A stretch of 43,937 bases of DNA, taken from Candidatus Woesearchaeota archaeon. GTDB taxonomy: Archaea > Nanobdellota > Nanobdellia > SCGC-AAA011-G17 > JACPNG01. The notes under the pieces were generated by a model. The model saw nothing but the letters and a program-made list of their open reading frames with translations. It was not told where the DNA came from and made no database searches. Position numbers and translations under genes: made by a program. Where the stretch lies: contig JACQNI010000006.1 of NCBI GenBank assembly GCA_016203135.1, positions 1-43,937 of the forward strand, in the 5' to 3' direction. Of this stretch, positions 27,954-38,900 are shown one piece after another (the stretch's first letter is position 1; each line of letters starts with the position of its first letter).

Positions 27954-28664
27954 TCAGGCAACAAGTTCCAGTTTTTTGTATATCTCTTTTTCCCTTTCAG
28001 CAACTTTAACTAATTTATTGCTGGCATTTCTTTCATATCTTCTATTAACCCCAATAACTCCTTTAGCAGGATCATATTTAAAGAAAAACTCTTCCAATAA
28101 TCCATCTCCATTAAAATGAGTAACTTTCCCCATTCCAAAATCTGTATAAGCGCTTCTCTTTATTTGAAATGCCTCTGTATGATCATATGCAGCAGGAAGC
28201 CTGACAGCTAATCTAGTTTTCAGGCCAATTAAATCAAGACTTTTTTCTCCATTATATGAAACAAAATCCTTTGGCAATCTATCCTCAAGTTTAAATTGAT
28301 TTGGGAGGGTATTTGGATTATTGTTTATCTCAGCAACCCTCATAATTCTGCCATTCTTACTGTCATATATATAAGCCCCATCGCTATTTCTTTGATTTGA
28401 AATGTAACGTAAAAAATCTTCATTGCTTCTTACTTCATAAAATTCTTCTGGCTTGTGATTTATTACTTTCTTTTCATATAATCTATCAACCAAAGTATCC
28501 CCGTTAGCCATGATAAGAAGTCCTTTATACCATTCACATTCTTCTTCTCCTTCTTCATGCGGCTTGCCCTCGCTATTAATAACTCTTCCATTTTTAATGT
28601 GTTTTAGCACCTTTTCTAGGTTTACATTAGAATGATAATTAACAAGTAAATTGAATATGTCCAT
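27954..28664 (-). CDS. Hypothetical protein resembling a divergent DisA_N/DAC domain
   Basis: SDGAYIYD...GRI, GLKTRLA (compare GTRHRAA), GKVTHF. Confidence 0.5.
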   Translation of the reverse strand: MDIFNLLVNYHSNVNLEKVLKHIKNGRVINSEGKPHEEGEEECEWYKGLLIMANGDTLVDRLYEKKVINHKPEEFYEVRSNEDFLRYISNQRNSDGAYIYDSKNGRIMRVAEINNNPNTLPNQFKLEDRLPKDFVSYNGEKSLDLIGLKTRLAVRLPAAYDHTEAFQIKRSAYTDFGMGKVTHFNGDGLLEEFFFKYDPAKGVIGVNRRYERNASNKLVKVAEREKEIYKKLELVA

Positions 28665-28770
28665 AACTATTAAAAGGGATATTTACCTATTTATAACTAT
28701 CTGGAAATTTTTTTTATTTTCTTCCATAAAAATAGAAAATTTTATTAAATAATAAAAAAATTAGGTTATA

Positions 28771-29781
28771 ATGGCTAAAATAGATTACAATTTGCTATAT
28801 TTAAAAGCAGAAAACGCAAGAACTTCCCTTAAAGAACTATCTAATTATCTAAAAAAATCCCCTCAAAGGCTAAAATACTCCTTATCAGTCTTAGAAAAAG
28901 ACAAAGTAATAAGAGATCCATATTGTGTCTTTGATTATTCCTATTTCGGTTTAATTCTATTCAGGGTTTATTTTAAAGGCGGTTATATAAGCGATCAAGA
29001 TAAAGTCCGTATAATTAAAGAATTATCCAATAATGCCTATGTAACCTCAATATACGAGTTAACTGGTGAATTTGATCTTGCTGTTGAATTTGCCTCTCCA
29101 AACCCATCAAAATTCAACAAGGAGTTAAAAAGAATTTCAACATTAACCCCTACTTTAAATGATTATAAAATTGTATTAAATGTTGTTACTTATCTATATC
29201 CAATGCATTACTTGACTAACTCTCAAAATCTTCATCGTTTAAACATTGAAAGAATAATTGGAGGAGACAGAGATAGAGAAAGTTTCAATGAGAATGAAAT
29301 GATTTTGATAAAAAATATGCTGTTAAATCCAACAATGAATTTTACAGACCTGGCTATTAAATCTGATTTAAATATAAAAACAGTAAAGTCAATCTTAAAA
29401 AATCTTAAGAAAAGAAATATAATAAAATCTTTTAAGTATATCATTGACACAAATTCTTTGGGAATAAATAAGTTCAGGTTATTTTTAAAATTACATAACT
29501 TAAGCGTTGAAAGAGAAGCCCAATTAATGGGTTATATGTTGAATACAAAAGAAATAATTCAAGTAAACAAAACAGTCGGCGACTGGGACATGGAATTAGA
29601 CATAGAATCTCCAGATAAAACTAGATCTCGTTATATAATAAGACAAGTAAGGGAAGAATTCAAAGATCTGATAGAAAGGTTTAATATTATTGAATTTTAT
29701 ACCTATTACAAAAGATCATTTCTTCCATTGTATTTGTTCAAAGAAGAGAAAAAACATGACAAAAATAATAGTAGACCATAG
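28771..29781 (+). CDS. Tandem Lrp/AsnC-family transcriptional regulator
   Basis: Two HTH+RAM units: ENARTSLKELS...GEFDLAV and NPTMNFTDLA...VGDWDMELDI. Confidence 0.9.
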   Translation: MAKIDYNLLYLKAENARTSLKELSNYLKKSPQRLKYSLSVLEKDKVIRDPYCVFDYSYFGLILFRVYFKGGYISDQDKVRIIKELSNNAYVTSIYELTGEFDLAVEFASPNPSKFNKELKRISTLTPTLNDYKIVLNVVTYLYPMHYLTNSQNLHRLNIERIIGGDRDRESFNENEMILIKNMLLNPTMNFTDLAIKSDLNIKTVKSILKNLKKRNIIKSFKYIIDTNSLGINKFRLFLKLHNLSVEREAQLMGYMLNTKEIIQVNKTVGDWDMELDIESPDKTRSRYIIRQVREEFKDLIERFNIIEFYTYYKRSFLPLYLFKEEKKHDKNNSRP

Positions 29782-30415
29782 AGAAGACAAGGAAATTATA
29801 AGAGAGCTTACAAAACAAGGTTTAGATATAGAAATAAAACAGCTTGCTGTTGCTGATTTTATTATCCAAACAAAAGACAATGAAGGCAATATAAAAGACT
29901 TAGCTGTTGAAAGAAAGTCTCAGATGGATTTTATAAATTCAATAATAGACAAAAGGCTTGTTACTCAATTGATTAATTTAAAAGAATATTATCCATTGCA
30001 GCTATTAATCATTGAAGGCTCAAGAAACATATTTGCTATAAGAAACTTTCATCCTAATGCAATTCGAGGAATGCTCGCTTCAATAGCAATAGACTTTCAA
30101 GTTCCAGTAATTTATACAAAAAATTTTAGGGATACAGCTTCTTTTTTAAACATAATTGCAAAAAGGCTTGAAAAGCAAAGAAAAAATTTCAGTTTAGTTA
30201 AAAAAGTAAAGCCTTTAACATTAAAGGAACAACAAGAATTTTTAATTGAATCTCTGCCTGGAATAGGTCCAAGTCTATCAAAGGAATTGCTAAAAAAATT
30301 TGGCTCTGTTAAAAAAATTATAAATGCTTCTGAAGAAAAATTAATTAAAGTTCCAAAGATAGGAAAGAAAAAAGCAGAAGCTATAAAAAAAGTTTTGGAT
30401 GAAAAATATGTTTAA
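29756..30415 (+). CDS. ERCC4/XPF structure-specific nuclease with (HhH)2 domain
   Basis: IIVDHRE, ADFII, VERKS..DF..SIIDKRL, IEG, LPGIG, VPKIG. ATG at 29756. Confidence 0.92.
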   Translation: MTKIIVDHREDKEIIRELTKQGLDIEIKQLAVADFIIQTKDNEGNIKDLAVERKSQMDFINSIIDKRLVTQLINLKEYYPLQLLIIEGSRNIFAIRNFHPNAIRGMLASIAIDFQVPVIYTKNFRDTASFLNIIAKRLEKQRKNFSLVKKVKPLTLKEQQEFLIESLPGIGPSLSKELLKKFGSVKKIINASEEKLIKVPKIGKKKAEAIKKVLDEKYV

Positions 30416-30420
30416 AATTA

Positions 30421-30738
30421 TTAATCATTTAAGTATGCTCTACTCGCTTTTCGTTGTATTTCTTCATAAGATTTCAATCTAAAATTTTCACCAGTTAAAT
30501 CCTTATACATTTTATAAAGCATAGAAAGCGGTATTTTATAAGACACCCTACGCCAATATGGAGCTTCCGAATCAAAATTCTTTGCCCTTTCTTCTTTAGT
30601 AATAAAAACCAATTGGTCTTTTTTAATACTCTCAATTGTAGCTTCAGTTAAAATTTCTTCTAAAGTTATAATTTCTACATCTCCATTAGGATATTCTAAA
30701 ACTTCATCTGAAGCATCTAATCTAATTGCTTTTTCCAT
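30421..30738 (-). CDS. Hypothetical protein
   Basis: Start likely ATG 30738 (MEKAIRLD), with TTTATAAA upstream. Confidence 0.65.
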   Translation of the reverse strand: MEKAIRLDASDEVLEYPNGDVEIITLEEILTEATIESIKKDQLVFITKEERAKNFDSEAPYWRRVSYKIPLSMLYKMYKDLTGENFRLKSYEEIQRKASRAYLND

Positions 30739-30971
30739 ATTTAAGAATAATAGGAGAATATTTATAAAATGAGTTGATTTAATATTTTTACGGACCCCAT
30801 TTCGGTTCATTATAATAGAAAATAAAGAGCGGGCAACAGAAATCTTCACTAAATTAAAGCAGGTTTGGAATTTATATTAAGAAATGGCGTCTATATTGTA
30901 GTCTTTTAGAAGTGGTTAATAAACAAAAGATTTAAATACTTGTTGTTGTTATCTAAAGTAAGGATATTAAA

Positions 30972-31361
30972 ATGGGATTAGACTTAACAATTATACCCTT
31001 AAGCCATGGAAGAGCCTTAAGTGGCTCGATATTAGGTTATGATAGCTTAAACTTTGTCAGAGATTATAGAATTTTTGCTCAAATTGCAGATGTTGATGGA
31101 AAATCAGCAATTCCAGAGGGGGACATTGAAGCAATAGTTTGTACTTATCCATTACCTCCTGGAGTAAAAGTTGGAATATATGGGGATAATGGTATTAGGC
31201 ATACAAGAAAAAATCCATATGGAGAAGAAATGGTATACGCAACTGCTAGAGAGATGAGAAAACTTAGTCTTCCAGAAGATGTTTCTCCATCAAATAAAGC
31301 AATTATGGCTTACATTAAAGCTCTTCAGAGAGATACTCCAATAATTTTGGAGTGGAGATAA
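30972..31361 (+). CDS. Hypothetical accessory protein
   Basis: 129-aa ORF starting MGLDL with tttaaata upstream. G-rich against the local skew. Confidence 0.75.
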   Translation: MGLDLTIIPLSHGRALSGSILGYDSLNFVRDYRIFAQIADVDGKSAIPEGDIEAIVCTYPLPPGVKVGIYGDNGIRHTRKNPYGEEMVYATAREMRKLSLPEDVSPSNKAIMAYIKALQRDTPIILEWR

Positions 31362-31514
31362 ATCTCTCGTTAAACTCTTTTATTTTTTGACCATTCATTA
31401 TAATTTCTTTTTTGTGCCATTTGATTAATTAGCCATAAGCTAAAACTATAAAGATTATCCCAAGTACAATAACCACTAAATAAAGTTTTAAGTGATTTTA
31501 AATATTTTATTCAA

Positions 31515-32054
31515 TTAATCTTCTAAACCATAACCCTTCACAACCCCATACTTAGGTCCATCCTTGCTCAAAACACTTTTATACAATTTAAACTCACTAA
31601 CTTCAAATTCTCCAGTAACTTTTACTTTTCCAATTTTTTTCAGAAACTTCTCTTTGTCCTTAACAAATTTAACCCTTCCCAGAGTCAAATGGCTGTGAAA
31701 GCTTTTTTCTCTTGGAAACATTGTTAGTAATTTATTGTCAATCTCATTCTGAAGATCAATTACATTTTTGCTTGGATTTAACTCAACAAAAACAACCCTT
31801 ATGAAATTCTTGCTTGGGAAAACACCAATTTTATCAAGTCTTATTTTAAATCTTTTAAAGTTTACCTCTTCAAGTTTTTTCATGATCTCTTTTAAAGCAA
31901 TCTCATCAACGTTTCCAAGGAATTTCAAAGTGCAATGCAGGTTTTTTTTAGCAACCCATTTTATTTTCTCATTCTCAGAATATAATTCTTTTTGTATCTC
32001 TTCAAGTTGATTCTTCAAAGAAACAGGAATGTCAAAAGCAATAAAGCATCTCAT
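31515..32054 (-). CDS. thpR: RNA 2',3'-cyclic phosphodiesterase (2H/LigT family)
   Basis: MRCFIA, LHCTLKFLG, SHLTLGRVK, SVLSKDGPKY. Confidence 0.95.
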   Translation of the reverse strand: MRCFIAFDIPVSLKNQLEEIQKELYSENEKIKWVAKKNLHCTLKFLGNVDEIALKEIMKKLEEVNFKRFKIRLDKIGVFPSKNFIRVVFVELNPSKNVIDLQNEIDNKLLTMFPREKSFHSHLTLGRVKFVKDKEKFLKKIGKVKVTGEFEVSEFKLYKSVLSKDGPKYGVVKGYGLED

Positions 32055-32056
32055 TC

Positions 32057-33175
32057 TTAGCCAAACATGTTCATGTGATCCTTTTCTTCTTCTTCCTTGA
32101 TCTTTTTTATTGCATCCAAGAAATCATTCATTGTTACCTTAGTTCTATTCTCTCTTATAGCAAAATATCCAGCCTCAGTAGCTATTGCCCTTATTTCAGC
32201 ACCAGACATTTCTTTCATTTGTTTAAGCAGTATGTCAAAATCTATCTTCTCAATGTTCATATCCCTTGTATGTATCTTAAAAATTTCTTTTATTCCTTCT
32301 TCATCAGGCAAAGGAACTTCAATCAATCTGTCAAATCTCCCAGGCCTTAGCAAAGCCTGGTCCAAAACATCAGCCCTGTTAGTTGCCCCAATTACTTTTA
32401 CATTATCCAAGTGTTCAAACCCGTCAATCTCGCTTAATAATTGTATAAATGTCCTTTCAACTTCTCTCTCACCGCTTGTTCCTACATCTAATCTTTCAGA
32501 AGCCAAAGCATCTATTTCATCTATGAAAACAATGCTTGGAGATCTTTCTCTTGCAAGTTTAAAAATTGACTTGACTAATTTAGCCCCTTCTCCAATAAAT
32601 TTCTGGTTTAACTCTGAAGCTATGACTTCTATGAATGTTGCATTTGTAGAAGCAGCAACTGCTTTTGCCAATAAAGTCTTTCCACTTCCAGGAGGCCCAT
32701 AAAGCAGTATTCCTTTGCTTGGTTTTATCCCAACCTTCTTGAATATATCTGGATTCTTTAAAGGCAATTCAATAACCTCTTTTAATTCCATTATCTGATC
32801 CCTTAAGCCACCAACATCATTCCATGCAATATTTGGCTTCTCAATGTTTATGAATTGCTCGGCATCATCACTATTTGGCTTGTCTAATCTATCTACAACA
32901 GTTAATGATCTTTGTTCCACCATGACAAGATCATTTATCTTTATCTTGTCCATTAACTCATCAAGAATATTAACAAAAAACAAATTTCCATTTGGAAGCC
33001 TTATTACTACCTTTTTTTTATCCTTGTATAATTTCCTTACCTCGCAAACAATCAACGGCCTTGACTTAAACTTGTCAATCTCTTTTCTCAAGTAACTAAC
33101 AGTAGCCTTTAGCATATCATTGTCAATATCTAAGGAAAAATCTTCACTAGCAACCTTATGAACTTTAGTTTCCAT
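32057..33175 (-). CDS. pan: Proteasome-activating nucleotidase
   Basis: Coiled coil plus OB domain, DVGGL, ELPLKNP, GPPGSGKT, KFIGEG, IDEID, ATNR, RPGRFDR, C-terminal MFG. Confidence 0.95.
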   Translation of the reverse strand: METKVHKVASEDFSLDIDNDMLKATVSYLRKEIDKFKSRPLIVCEVRKLYKDKKKVVIRLPNGNLFFVNILDELMDKIKINDLVMVEQRSLTVVDRLDKPNSDDAEQFINIEKPNIAWNDVGGLRDQIMELKEVIELPLKNPDIFKKVGIKPSKGILLYGPPGSGKTLLAKAVAASTNATFIEVIASELNQKFIGEGAKLVKSIFKLARERSPSIVFIDEIDALASERLDVGTSGEREVERTFIQLLSEIDGFEHLDNVKVIGATNRADVLDQALLRPGRFDRLIEVPLPDEEGIKEIFKIHTRDMNIEKIDFDILLKQMKEMSGAEIRAIATEAGYFAIRENRTKVTMNDFLDAIKKIKEEEEKDHMNMFG

Positions 33176-33215
33176 ATTTTTAGTGTTTTAAATGTTCTTA
33201 AATAGCTTATGCTTG

Positions 33216-34229
33216 CTAATTTATAAAATTATCCCCTAATTCCTTTAAAATATCCCTATTCTTCTCAAAGTATTTTCTAGCCTTAGAAAAGATATTTATT
33301 ACTTCAGAGCTTACAGCCATCTTCAAGTCAGCTGGATGTAATTTCTTGCTCGCAAAAGTCTTTTCAAGATCATTATATTCTTTAAATAAAACATCTCCCC
33401 CATATTTCTTGTCTCTTGCTATTTTAATTTTCTTGTTTACAGGAAAAACAATAAACTTAGCTAATTGCAAAACAGGATTTTCAGCTATAACCCCTTCAGG
33501 ACAATAAGCATTTTTAATTTTAGATTTAATATCTTCTTCCTTGTCATATATCTTGATATGACTTTCTTTTATTGAAGCGCTCATCTTAGTTCCAGGTCCT
33601 TTCAAGCTTGCAATTAAAGGAGTCATTACTTCAACCCTTTGTTTATATCCAATACTTGGCAAAAATTCCCTTGCATAAGCCAATATATGCCTTTGATCTA
33701 TACCCCCAAGTTGTATATCAACATTAAGGTATTCCTCATCTAAAGCCTGCATCAAAGGATATATCAATTCAGAAACTTTAGGATTCTTCATTCTTGTTAC
33801 TTCTGAAGCAGCCCTAGTAGATCTTGCAACAGTTGTGATTGTAGAGAGTTTTAATATATCTAAAACATATTTATCCTTAAGCTCAAAACTGCTTCCATAT
33901 ACAAACTCAGGTTTTTTATCCCAAGGAAATGCCAATTCTATGCATTTTTTATAGTAATCAGCAACAACATCTATTCTATCCCATCCAGTTTTTAAATCAT
34001 CTAAAGCAGCATGAATGTTCGCAATCAAAATTTTATTTTTTATTCCTGCCTTGTCAAAATCAAATAGCTTGCTTAAAGGAACTAAATAAGCAATATGAAA
34101 GGGTCCAGTTGGAGCAGTTCCATAATAAGAAGTTATTTTCTTGTTTTTTAAAAGTTCTCTAAGTTCATTTTCAGTTAATATCTCCTGGGTATTTCTTTTT
34201 ACCAGTTCAAATTTCTGATTTAGGTCCAT
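33216..34229 (-). CDS. tyrS: Tyrosine--tRNA ligase (archaeal type)
   Basis: YYGTAPTG..HIAY, YPLMQALD, GGIDQR, KMSAS, LHPADLK. Confidence 0.96.
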   Translation of the reverse strand: MDLNQKFELVKRNTQEILTENELRELLKNKKITSYYGTAPTGPFHIAYLVPLSKLFDFDKAGIKNKILIANIHAALDDLKTGWDRIDVVADYYKKCIELAFPWDKKPEFVYGSSFELKDKYVLDILKLSTITTVARSTRAASEVTRMKNPKVSELIYPLMQALDEEYLNVDIQLGGIDQRHILAYAREFLPSIGYKQRVEVMTPLIASLKGPGTKMSASIKESHIKIYDKEEDIKSKIKNAYCPEGVIAENPVLQLAKFIVFPVNKKIKIARDKKYGGDVLFKEYNDLEKTFASKKLHPADLKMAVSSEVINIFSKARKYFEKNRDILKELGDNFIN

Positions 34230-34273
34230 AAATTAAAAAAGTAAGTCGATATTATTAAATATATCGCTTGTCT

Positions 34274-34293
34274 CGGAAATTCTTCGGTTTTTC
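34274..34293 (+). promoter_or_regulatory. Putative operator, copy 1
   Basis: cggaaattcttcggtttttc, ending 40 nt before ATG 34333. Matches copy 2 at 17/20. Confidence 0.5.
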
Positions 34294-34332
34294 CATGTTT
34301 AAGTTTATTAACCACTTTTCTTTGTTTAAACA

Positions 34333-34680
34333 ATGGATGAAAAATCACTCTACTCATTATCCCTAATAAGTTTCCTAATCGGATTGTTTTTACTAATAAT
34401 CATTTCTGAAAAAATAGATATTTCAGAGTCAAATATATCTTCTTTATCAAGCCTGAAGCCAGGAGAAAAAGTAAAGGTTAAAGGCATAGTTACAAGTTCA
34501 ACAGCCTTGGAAAATTTTATGTTATTAAATATTCAAGATAAAACTGGCAATATAACTATCGTAGCTTTTAATACAAAGGATGTAAAAATAAACAAGAACG
34601 ATGTAATAGAAGCAAAAGGAGAAATAGTCTTATACAAAAACCGAGTGGAAATCGAAGCTTCAAGCATTAAGATTTTCTAG
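34333..34680 (+). CDS. Membrane-anchored OB-fold protein
   Basis: N-terminal TM helix, VKVKGIV, IQDKTGNI, GEIVLYKNRVEI. Confidence 0.85.
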   Translation: MDEKSLYSLSLISFLIGLFLLIIISEKIDISESNISSLSSLKPGEKVKVKGIVTSSTALENFMLLNIQDKTGNITIVAFNTKDVKINKNDVIEAKGEIVLYKNRVEIEASSIKIF

Positions 34681-34686
34681 TCAATC

Positions 34687-34706
34687 CGGAAATTTTTCAG
34701 TATTTC
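34687..34706 (+). promoter_or_regulatory. Putative operator, copy 2
   Basis: cggaaatttttcagtatttc, ending 41 nt before ATG 34747. Confidence 0.5.
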
Positions 34707-34746
34707 TTGATAAACAAATATAAAGCTTAATAATCTCAAGTAATAT

Positions 34747-35941
34747 ATGTATGAAATATTAATCTCAATTTTAATAGGTATCTCTGCCGGAATAATAACC
34801 GGCTTGATTCCCAGGCATTCATACTAATCTTGTTGCTGTTTTAATGATCTCCCTTTCTAACTACTTATTAAAAATTTTCTCTCCGTTAGATCTAGTGATT
34901 ATCATTTTATCCATGGCAATAACAAATACATTTTTAGATTCAATCCCATCCATTTTTCTTGGAGCCCCAGATACATCTACTTCTATTTCTATCTTGCCAG
35001 GCCACAGATTATTAATGAAAGGCAAAGGCTTTGAAGCAGTAATCCTTTCATTGATCGGATCTTCAATATCCTTGCTAATAGTCATAGCATTATTTCCATT
35101 TACATTAAAAATAATAAAGATTGGATATCCAATAATAGAAAGATACATAGCTTATATCTTGATATCTGCAAGTGTTATTTTTATTATTAAAGAAAAAAAA
35201 TCCAAATTTCTGGCTTTTCTGCTATTTTTAAGTTCAGGAATACTAGGAATTGTTTCATTTTCCCTAGGCATTAAAGACGTTCTTTTTCCAATGCTTTCTG
35301 GCTTGTTTGGAATAAGCACATTATTGACTAGTTTAAACAACAATACAAAAATCCCAAATCAAATTATCTCATATCCAAAAATTACAAACAAGGAAAAAAT
35401 AACAGTTTTCTCTTCAATTTTCATCTCAAGTTTTTTTACAACAGTTCTTCCTGGTTTTAGTTCAGCCGAAGCATCTTCAATAGGAACATCAATATTCAAG
35501 AATATCAAAGGCAATTTATTTCTTGTCTTGGCTAGCGGAATAAACACATCAAGCATGATCTTAAGCATATTTACATTATATGCTATAGACAAGGCAAGAA
35601 ATGGTGCTGTAGTTGCCATATCAAGAATAATAGAAAACCTTAATCAAAACAATTTTATTTTATTGATTTCAGTTTCTTTAATCTCTTCTTCTATTGCAAT
35701 TCTGCTTGCGATAAACATTACAAAGTACATATCAAAAATAATTCCAAAGATAAATTACAATTTTTTATGCATTTCAATAATAATCTTTATTTCTGGATTA
35801 GTAATTATATTGTCTGGTTTTTATGGTTTCCTTGTTTTAGTAACTTCAACCTTTCTTGGAATAATTCCCCAAACAAAAAACATTGCAAGAAGTCATTTAA
35901 TGGGCTGTATACTTTTGCCAGTAATCTTGTATTTTATCTAG
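34747..35941 (+). CDS. TctA/DUF112 family permease with a +1 frameshift near codon 22
   Basis: TFLDSIPSIFLGAP, LPGHRLL..G.G, DKARNG. The conserved GIITGLIPGIH.N N-terminus is restored only by removing one C from ccc at 34810-34812. Confidence 0.8.
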
Positions 35942-38900
35942 ACTTTTTAGTCTTTTTCTTAGTTTTTAATATTTGTTCCTTTTTATTGCCGACTTTAATG
36001 GTCTCTGTAATTTTTTTATTATTAGTGGTTGTTTTTTTCTTTTTAACTTCTTTTTTTTCAGAGATTTTTCTTTTAGCAGCTTCAAGCTTTTTAACTTCCT
36101 TTTCAACTTTAACTTCAGGAGTCTTAAATAATATCTCTGGTGTTTTTATTTCAACTTTTTTAAACGACTTTGAATAATTCAATGCATTTCCTATGTCTTT
36201 TAAATTCCATCCAGCAGCCAATAGTTTATTTCTTATCTCTTCCTCGCTTACTCCCTTTTGTATGTTTAGCTTAGCATATTCATAAAGCCTATCCAAAACC
36301 TGTTTTCTCTTTACTACCTTCTCAGCATATTTAAATGATTCATCTATTTCATCTTGATTCCATCCAGCATCAAGTGAAGCCCTTCTTATCTCCTCCTTAT
36401 CCCTGCCCCTTTCTAAGCTTATTTTCACATAATCATTTAGCTGATTTATATTTGAATGTTTTTGCAGGACATTTTCAACATTCTTGAAAGAGCTTGCTAT
36501 TTTTTTATTCAGCTCATTAAAGTCTGGCTTTTCTCCCAAAAATAATTTTTTATTTTCCTGTTTTGTTTTTCTTTTTTTCATGGCAAAATAATAAGCAAGA
36601 ACTAAGATCAATAATAAGGCAGCTAAAATTCCGACTACTGTCCAAATAGATCCACCCTTGCTTTCCTTGCAATCACTAGGACAGTTAGTGCTATCTTCTC
36701 TATATCCATTTCCAAAGTCATCACAATTTCCATTTTCATTGCATACTGGCAATGAATCATCTCCATCATTAGTTCCATCATTATCTGTATCAGGATTATT
36801 TGGATCTGTTCCTGCTTCAACTTCTTCACTATCTGTTAATCCATCATTATCACTATCTCTTCCTGGACCTTCAGATATTCCACAATCACTAGGACAATTA
36901 CTGCTGGTCTCTCCAAGAGTGCAACTTCCGTCCCCGCATACTTTTGCCCCAGTATCACTGATGCATATACCATCAGTTTTACAAACCTTTCCAGCAGGAC
37001 ATCCACATAAAGAGCATTTCTCTTCTAAAACCCCAGATCTGCAGAAAAATGGCTTGTCATCAGAACACTCACTAAATGTTGTTCCATCTCCACATTCAAA
37101 GTCATCTGTTACTTGACAACTTGTATCATTTAAATCAACAAAATTATTGCAATCATTATCCAAGACATCATCGCAACTTTCTTCAGGGCTTTCATAATCG
37201 TCTATGTTATTATACTTACATTCCCCCCATAAACTATTGATGCATGTTTGATTGAATCCCTTACAAACCCCAAATTGTTTAACACATAATCTTGTTGTTA
37301 AATTCACTTGTATTCCTGTGCTATTGTTTCTAACAGCACAAGGACATCCTTCATCAGCACTTCCCTCACAGTTATTATCTAATCCATCAAAACAAACCTC
37401 TGCTGTAGGTCCAATTACACCAATGCAAGTACTCCCCCATAATCCATTGCTTTCACATCTCTGTACTCCAGCATTGCATATTCCAACAGAATTCCCACAA
37501 GACCTAGTAGTTCCAGCCACACATGGACCACATCCTTCATCAACAACATTATCGCAATCATTATCTTGATTATCACAAACTTCTAGACTTGGATATTTAA
37601 CCCCAACGCATTCACCCCATACAGCCCCAATAGAACTTTGAACACATTGCTGCATTCCTTGAATGCAAGCATTTGTTCCTCCGCAAGTCCTTATTTGATT
37701 TAATGTGCATTGTGGGCATCCTTCGTCTGAACTTCCATCACAGTCATTATCTAAATTATCCCCACAGAATTCAATTCCAGGATTTACTGAATTTTTGCAC
37801 TCACCCCATTCTCCTATTCCTTGACTGTTTACATTAATACAAGATTGAAGGCCATAACTACAAATTCCAACATCGCTTCCACATTGTTTTGTCTGATCCT
37901 TCACACAAGAATTACAACCTTCATTTATGCTTCCATCACAATCATTATCTAAATCATCATTGCATACCTCAGCACCATACTTAGGAATACTTGTATAATC
38001 ACATCCAGGCCACCTGCTATTTGTACATATTTCAAGAGAACCCTGGCAAACCCCTAATTGTTTAGGGCAGCTCTGTCTTTCTCCATTTGTACATTGTTGG
38101 CCAAGTGTACAGCTAGGATCAGCCTTAATACATTGGCCATATTTACTATTCGTCTGACAAGATCTAATATATTCACATTCTTTTGCATCAGGAACTTGTT
38201 GTTCATTTGGATAACACCTTATTTTATCATTTTGATTGCATTCAGCGCATTGAGTTGTATCTAAAGATTTGCAATTAACACAAGTTAAAGTTCCAGAAAC
38301 AAAATCATCAAATAATTTATCTCCATCTGCTTTAAGGCTTGTACAAGTTAAGCTTCCAGCAAATTTGCTTCCATCACATATTTCTCCTTGATCTATATTT
38401 CCATTGCCACATTGAGAAGGATCATTCTTTGGTAAGCATTCACTAAAATCAAAATTACATTTATTTGTTTGACTTGGAGGAATACATTTCAAAGTTCCAC
38501 CAGTAAGTCCAGGGAAATCAGTACATTTTTTATTGTTTAAATCTACATCATCACAAGACTCTCCAGTTTCTTGTATTTTATTGCCACAAACCGGAGTAGT
38601 TATTACACCACCTTCACATTGACTAGAATCATAAGATAAACAATCAGCTTTGCATTTTAATTGTCCTGATTTAAATGCTAAACTTTGACAAGTTTTTCCA
38701 TCTAAATCAGTTCCATCACAAGTTTCTCCCTTTTCCTTGACATTATTTGGACAAACTGGTTTTGTACAACTGCTGAAATCAAAATTGCAATTATTGCATT
38801 TTAATTGTCCTCCCAAGTAATTATCAAACTCAGGAGCACATGTCTTCCCTCCTAAATCAGTTCCATCACAAGCTTCTCCAGGATTTATTACCCCATTATT

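Noticed and set aside
32075-33095. Long antisense ORFs over pan, and similar ones over oapA, the pilus genes, the giant protein and polC
   Set aside because: They are shadows of well-supported genes on the opposite strand and show no motifs.
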